Part shown: positions 56,901-60,870 of the stretch, piece after piece
How positions within the stretch are numbered: position 1 is the stretch's first letter
Layout: each line of letters begins with the position of its first letter
Source of the DNA: Candidatus Omnitrophota bacterium
GTDB lineage: Bacteria; Omnitrophota; Gorgyraeia; Gygaellales; Profunditerraquicolaceae
Direction of reading: 5' to 3'
Assembly (NCBI GenBank): GCA_041651035.1
Contig: JBAZKC010000001.1
Location: 1-60,870, forward strand
DNA length: 60,870 nt
Position numbers and translations under genes: made by a program
The notes under the pieces: model-generated
What the model was told of the DNA's origin: nothing
The model's input: the letters and a program-made list of their open reading frames with translations, nothing else
Databases searched by the model: none

Positions 56901-58434
56901 GGCTTGATAGCACCGCCTGCGGAGTATCATTGCCCATTGAGCCAACCGGCTCCTGGGCGTCTTGCGCCATGGGTTTGAGTATAAATTTAAGGTCTTCGCG
57001 GCTGTAGCCAAAATTATTCAAAAGCTTGATTGTGTCTGTCTTATATTCTTTTACCTTTATCTTAGGAAGTTTATCCAGCTCTAAAATATTTTCTTTGAGC
57101 CAGGAAGTATACGGCTTTCCCTGGGATACTTCTTTCTTGACCTGGGTATCATCAATTATCCGGCCGGCCTGGGTATCAATAAAAAACATCTTGCCAGGCT
57201 CAAGCCTTCCGGAATAAGCGATATTATCCGGGCTTACATCTAAAACCCCGGCTTCCGAAGCCATAATTACCAAATTATCCTTGGTCACTAAATACCGGGC
57301 TGGGCGCAAGCCATTTCTATCCAGGAGCGCTCCGATCTTTACGCCATCGGTAAAAGCCATTGCTGCCGGGCCGTCCCAGGGTTCCATGGAACAAGTATTA
57401 AAGCGGTAAAATGACCTGATCTTCTCATCAAGTAAATGGTTTTCTTCCCAGGCGCCGGGGATAAGCATCATCATTGCCTGCGGCAGGGATCTGCCGGATA
57501 GATACAGCAATTCAAAAACATTATCGATAGTAGCTGAATCACTCCCTCCAGGGACAATCACGGGGAAAATCTTTTTTAAATCGCCAAAGGCTTTATTTCT
57601 AAGCAGCCCTTCTCTTGCCGCCATCCAATTGATGTTGCCGCGTAATGTATTGATCTCTCCGTTATGCGCCAGGAATCTAAAAGGCTGAGATAAATCCCAG
57701 GTCGGAAAGGTATTTGTAGAGTAGCGCGAATGTATGAGCGCCAGACAACTTTTCATATCCTTATCCAGCAGATCCGGAAAGAACCTCTCCACCTGTTGGG
57801 GCATAAGCAGGCCTTTATAGGAAAGGGTATGGCTGGATATATTGGTAATATAAAAGAACGATTTCTGTTTTAATTTTGAAGAGCGTATTATATTTTCCAC
57901 CCGCTTACGGATCAAATAGAGCTTTCTTTCCAGGTCCAGCCCTGCTAATTTAGACCCGATAAAAACCTGTTCGATCACCGGCTCAGTTTCTTGGGCAGCC
58001 TTGCCTATATCCGCGTTATCCACCGGCACGCTCCTCCAGCCAAGCAGTTCTTCTTTTTCCTGCTTGATGATCTTGGCAAACGCGTCTTTACAAAATTTAC
58101 GCTCTGACCCGGCCTGAGGCAGGAAAACCAGGCCTACTCCGTATTTTCCTTCTTTCGGCAAGCTGATCTTATTTTCTCCGGAGACTTTAGCGATGAATTC
58201 ATGCGGCATCTGGATCAATATGCCTGCCCCATCTCCTGTCTTAGGATCCGCTCCGGTAGCACCCCGATGCGCCAGGCGCTTAAGAATTTCCAGGCCGCTT
58301 ATGACAATATCATGGGATTCTATACCCAAAACATTGCAAATAAAACCCACTCCGCAGGAATCATGCTCAAAACGGGGATCATACAACCCTTGAGCTGGAG
58401 GCAAATGATTATTTCTGATTATGTTGTTTTCCAT
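53905..58434 (-). CDS. gltB: Glutamate synthase large subunit
   Basis: 1509 aa. It has the N-terminal amidotransferase CGVGFI, an FMN domain and a C-terminal GXGXG domain. Confidence 0.95.
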   Translation of the reverse strand: MENNIIRNNHLPPAQGLYDPRFEHDSCGVGFICNVLGIESHDIVISGLEILKRLAHRGATGADPKTGDGAGILIQMPHEFIAKVSGENKISLPKEGKYGVGLVFLPQAGSERKFCKDAFAKIIKQEKEELLGWRSVPVDNADIGKAAQETEPVIEQVFIGSKLAGLDLERKLYLIRKRVENIIRSSKLKQKSFFYITNISSHTLSYKGLLMPQQVERFFPDLLDKDMKSCLALIHSRYSTNTFPTWDLSQPFRFLAHNGEINTLRGNINWMAAREGLLRNKAFGDLKKIFPVIVPGGSDSATIDNVFELLYLSGRSLPQAMMMLIPGAWEENHLLDEKIRSFYRFNTCSMEPWDGPAAMAFTDGVKIGALLDRNGLRPARYLVTKDNLVIMASEAGVLDVSPDNIAYSGRLEPGKMFFIDTQAGRIIDDTQVKKEVSQGKPYTSWLKENILELDKLPKIKVKEYKTDTIKLLNNFGYSREDLKFILKPMAQDAQEPVGSMGNDTPQAVLSSRPQLLFSYFKQLFAQVTNPAIDPIREELVMSLHTYLGPEKNILDETAAHCHKLFVRNPILTNEELEIIRKIKKAGFKTKTISLLFEADKKYSLRKAIERIRKEAVGALKDKYTFIILSDKGIDKGHAAIPSLLATAAVHHYLVRKAKRTQISLIIESAEPREVHHFALLFGYGADCVNPYLGYKAVERLADDKELTIDKESAVKHYIKAINKGILKILSKMGISTLQSYRGAQIFEALGLDNDVIEEYFTGTVSRLGGAGLEVIAKETLMRHKAAFSGITQNPQLLSSGGLYQWKRDGEFHLWNPESIAALQDAARNNDAKRYIEFSRLINDQSRQPTTIRSILKFKNPTPVPIEEVEPAEEIIRRFATGAMSFGSISRATHETIAIAMNRLGGRSNTGEGGEDPSRFNPLPNGESKRSAIKQVASGRFGVTTNYLVNADEIQIKIAQGAKPGEGGQLPGHKVSVTIAKTRYTTPGVTLISPPPHHDIYSIEDLAQLIFDLKNTNPSARISVKLVSEIGVGTIAAGVAKGHADMILISGGDGGTGASPLSSIKHAGLPWELGISEANQTLVLNDLRSRVRLQADGQMRTGRDVAIAALLGAEEFGFCTAVLIVLGCVMLRHCNLNNCSVGIATQDEMLEKKFQGKPEYIENYFRFVAQELRQIMSSLGIRKIDEMIGRADLLELNSDILPWKAKGIDLSRILYKPNVRESIGRHCVIKQDHGIDDILDRKLIELARPALEKKEEIRQELPIKNVNRATGAMLSGQICKTYGEEGLPEDSIYFKFKGVAGQSFGAWLAKGVTFELEGLSNDYIGKGISGGKIIVYPDKKADYRPEDNIIIGNTTFYGAISGEAYIRGVAGERFCIRNSGLLAVVEGVGDHACEYMTGGRVAVIGATGRNFGAGMSGGIAYVYDKEGTFKNKCNMGMVELDSPDKQDIETIKNLLLNHHKYTASALAKMILDNLKQEIKHFIKVMPLEYKRILEEKKLVKKLDLEEYSDG

Positions 58435-58799
58435 TTTTCCACATTAATTTCTAATTTTCTTATTTTTGAACGAAGCGTATTACGATTTAAACCGAGGATC
58501 CGCGCGGCCTTAAGTTGATTGCCCTCCGTACGTTTCAACGCCTGTTCAATCAAAGGCTTTTCAATTGCCTCAACAACGGATTTGTATAATACGCCCTTTT
58601 TTTCATTAAACAAGGAGTTCTCAAAAGTGATAACCTTGTCCTTAATAAAAGCCAGATCCCTTATGCAGTCTTTCTTCACTAATCTTATAACATCGCCTCC
58701 AGAGGCTGCCTCGGGAAGAATATAGCCCTCTTTCGCCAGCATCTCTTTCAGCGCTTCTTTAATCTTCAGCTCATTATCAGCAATAACTATTGTAATCAT
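58419..58799 (-). CDS. Small Fis-type HTH protein resembling an NtrC with the AAA+ core and most of the receiver deleted
   Basis: 126 aa. The N-terminus MITIVIADNELKIKEALKEMLAKEGY resembles receiver beta1-alpha1. The C-terminus EKPLIEQALKRTEGNQLKAARILGLNRNTLRSKIRKL is a Fis/NtrC-type HTH. It overlaps the gltB start by 16 nt. Confidence 0.6.
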   Translation of the reverse strand: MITIVIADNELKIKEALKEMLAKEGYILPEAASGGDVIRLVKKDCIRDLAFIKDKVITFENSLFNEKKGVLYKSVVEAIEKPLIEQALKRTEGNQLKAARILGLNRNTLRSKIRKLEINVEKWKTT

Positions 58800-58832
58800 A
58801 TTTTGCTTAAAAAATAGTCACTAAAAATTAAC

Positions 58833-58876
58833 AAAAAGGCGTTCACTCCGGCTAAAAAGCAGCCATCATGAACGCC
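58833..58876 (-). terminator. Intrinsic terminator of glnN
   Basis: On the minus strand GGCGTTCA...TGAACGCC forms an 8-bp stem with an inner GGCT/AGCC helix, followed by TTTTTG. Confidence 0.7.
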
Positions 58877-58917
58877 TATGTTCTGCATGGAATTAAAGCA
58901 CTACGGTGTGCTTAAGC

Positions 58918-60870
58918 TTACTTTATAAACAGCATCTCCCTGTACTTGGGCAGGTCCCAAGCATCGTCGGAAACTACGCATTCAAGCTGATCAACGTGCT
59001 TTCTTATGTGTTCCATTAAAGGCTTTAATTCTTTGAAATAAATCTCAGCGCGTTTTTCATCACTCGCTTTTTGCGCCTTCTCCAGGCACTTGTCCATTTC
59101 CAGGGTATTGCGCCTAACATAATATATCTTTAAAACTATCTCAGAAAGATGTTCTTTTTTGTCCTTTAAAGCCGCCGCATCAAGGGCCAGGCCCGCTGAT
59201 TTCTTGAGATTAACCAATTCGTGCAATGTAGCCGCAAGAAGTTTTTCATATTCATACCCGGCTGGAACCACCGAAGCATTAACCATTTCTTTTAAGGCAT
59301 TTGCCTCAATCTCTAAGGTCAGGTTATACATGTGGATCCATATATGATATCGCGCGATAAGCTCCTCTTTTGAAAAGACCTTGTACTTCTCAAAAAGCGA
59401 AATGTTCTTTTCTTTTGTCAAAGCTTCCAGGGCTTCATAAGTTGAAGCTACGTTAGGAAGCGAACGCTTCTTTGCTTCTTTGATCCACTCTTCGGCATAA
59501 TTGTTCCCTTCAAAACGGATATCCTTTGTTTCTTTGGCAATCTCCGAAATTACCTTAAGTACTACGACATTAAAATCCTTACCGCTGGAGGCTTTTTTGA
59601 TCTTATCCGCTACATAATCCAGGCTTTCGGCTATTATCGTATTAATTATGGCGATAGGCGTGGAAATATTTTGGGATGAACCAACAGCGCGGAATTCAAA
59701 CTTGGCACCCGTGAAAGCAAATGGCGAAGTACGGTTCCTATCGGTAGTATCTTTGTTGAATTTAGGCAGGCGGCCAATTCCTAAATCAATAATATCGCTC
59801 TTAGAAACCTTGGATTTAACTCCCTTTTCGATCATGTTCAGAATTTCAGTCAGCTGCGCCCCTAAAAATACGCTGATAATTGCCGGCGGAGCTTCGTTAG
59901 CGCCCAAACGATGTTCATTACCGGCCATGGCAACAGACGCGCGTAAAAGATCGGCGTGTAAATACACCGCGCGCAAAACAGCAGCCAAGACCGCTAAAAA
60001 TTGCAGATTATCTTCCGGAGTCTGGCCAGGGTTAAGCAGGTTATTGCCTTTATCATCCGCCAGAGACCAGTTCAAATGCTTGCCGCTTCCGTTTATTCCA
60101 GCAAACGGTTTTTCATGTAAAAGGCAAACCATATCGTGCCTTAAAGCGATTTTCTTCATTAATTCCATCAGCAGCTGATTATGGTCAGCGGCAATATTAG
60201 ACTCTTCAAAAATAGGGGCGAATTCATACTGATGCGGGGCAACCTCATTGTGGCGGGTCATTAAAGGTATGCCTAATTTATACGCCTCTTCGGCTACTTC
60301 AAACATAAAATTAACCACGCGCTCTTTAATTGTCCCGAAATACTGGTCTTCCAGCTGTTGGCCCTTGGGTGAAGCAGCGCCAACTAAAGTCCTTCCGGTC
60401 ATAACTAAATCCTGGCGCAGGTTATAATAATTCTTATCGATCAGGAAATATTCCTGTTCAGGGCCGCAGGTAGAGAATATCTTTTTAACATCCTTATGGC
60501 CAAAGAGTTTTAATAACCCCAGAGCCGCTTTGTTCAATGCTTCGTCCGAACGCAAAAGCGGCAATTTCTTATCCAGCGCCTCGCCATGATAAGAAATAAA
60601 TATGGTGGGGATACAAAGGGTTTTGCCAAGCTTACTCTCAATGATAAACGCGGGGCTTGAGGGATCCCAGGCAGTATAACCGCGGGCCTCGAATGTGGCG
60701 CGGATCCCGCCTGAAGGGAAACTTGAGGCATCAGGCTCACCTTGAATTAATTTATTTCCTGAAAATTTTTCGATTACTTTGCCGGGGCCGGTTATAGAAA
60801 TAAAACTATCATGCTTCTCCGCGGTAAGCCCGGTCATTGGCTGGAACCAATGGGTATAGTAAGTCGCGCC
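58918..60870 (-). CDS. glnN: Glutamine synthetase type III (5' end cut by the window edge)
   Basis: The frame stays open to the window end (..[21 protein letters not shown]). [15 protein letters not shown] and [17 protein letters not shown] are GS-III-like. Confidence 0.9.
   Translation of the reverse strand, partial: GATYYTHWFQPMTGLTAEKHDSFISITGPGKVIEKFSGNKLIQGEPDASSFPSGGIRATFEARGYTAWDPSSPAFIIESKLGKTLCIPTIFISYHGEALDKKLPLLRSDEALNKAALGLLKLFGHKDVKKIFSTCGPEQEYFLIDKNYYNLRQDLVMTGRTLVGAASPKGQQLEDQYFGTIKERVVNFMFEVAEEAYKLGIPLMTRHNEVAPHQYEFAPIFEESNIAADHNQLLMELMKKIALRHDMVCLLHEKPFAGINGSGKHLNWSLADDKGNNLLNPGQTPEDNLQFLAVLAAVLRAVYLHADLLRASVAMAGNEHRLGANEAPPAIISVFLGAQLTEILNMIEKGVKSKVSKSDIIDLGIGRLPKFNKDTTDRNRTSPFAFTGAKFEFRAVGSSQNISTPIAIINTIIAESLDYVADKIKKASSGKDFNVVVLKVISEIAKETKDIRFEGNNYAEEWIKEAKKRSLPNVASTYEALEALTKEKNISLFEKYKVFSKEELIARYHIWIHMYNLTLEIEANALKEMVNASVVPAGYEYEKLLAATLHELVNLKKSAGLALDAAALKDKKEHLSEIVLKIYYVRRNTLEMDKCLEKAQKASDEKRAEIYFKELKPLMEHIRKHVDQLECVVSDDAWDLPKYREMLFIK

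Overview
The window is 60.9 kb of low-GC bacterial chromosome. No rRNA gene, tRNA gene, CRISPR array or transposase/integrase gene was recognised. All calls come from reading the ORF translations and the DNA by eye; no homology search was run. About 58 genes are called, and all but one (a B12-binding radical SAM gene at 32747-34243) lie on the minus strand with short or overlapping junctions. Most of the window is housekeeping. Right to left on the minus strand it reads: type III glutamine synthetase (cut by the window edge), a mini Fis-type HTH gene, gltB-gltD plus a stand-alone FMN-domain GltB paralog, then a 750-bp ORF-free region. Next comes a long co-directional block: pyrG-carA-carB(N-terminal half only)-purS-purQ-purL-purF-pstS-pstC-pstA-pstB-pstB-phoU. 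It continues with a small Cys/His ORF plus DEAD-box helicase, fabF and a thioesterase, a membrane pyrophosphatase, and an ECF sigma / anti-sigma / CHAT-TPR / Asp-box propeller cluster. The remainder is trxA, a split pta plus ackA, panD, def, lipA, trxB, GTP-PEPCK, purC, feoAB, rubrerythrin and a carbamoyltransferase-SxtJ-DUF5989-SGNH cassette. An AT-richer accessory end (positions 1-2400) carries a RhuM-Doc fusion and a DUF2971-like gene next to strongly structured non-coding DNA. The gene content (rubrerythrin, FeoAB, H+/Na+-PPase, GS-III, split CarB) suggests an anaerobe, possibly an uncultivated lineage, but the taxon cannot be determined from this window. The observations most worth follow-up are listed here. 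(1) An ECF sigma, a TM-less zinc anti-sigma and a membrane-spanning CHAT(caspase-like)-TPR protein that may form a proteolytic signalling module. (2) Two tandem PstB ATPases whose motif lesions are complementary, predicting one degenerate and one consensus ATP site. (3) A consensus promoter followed by two perfect hairpins (an in-leader terminator and a start-codon-occluding stem) ahead of the small ORF/DEAD-box helicase pair. (4) The 750-bp ORF-free region upstream of pyrG, which holds a duplicated 23-bp motif and a roughly 240-nt multi-helix element. (5) A pta gene split by a single in-frame TAA. (6) A stripped-down NtrC-like HTH protein between glnN and gltB.
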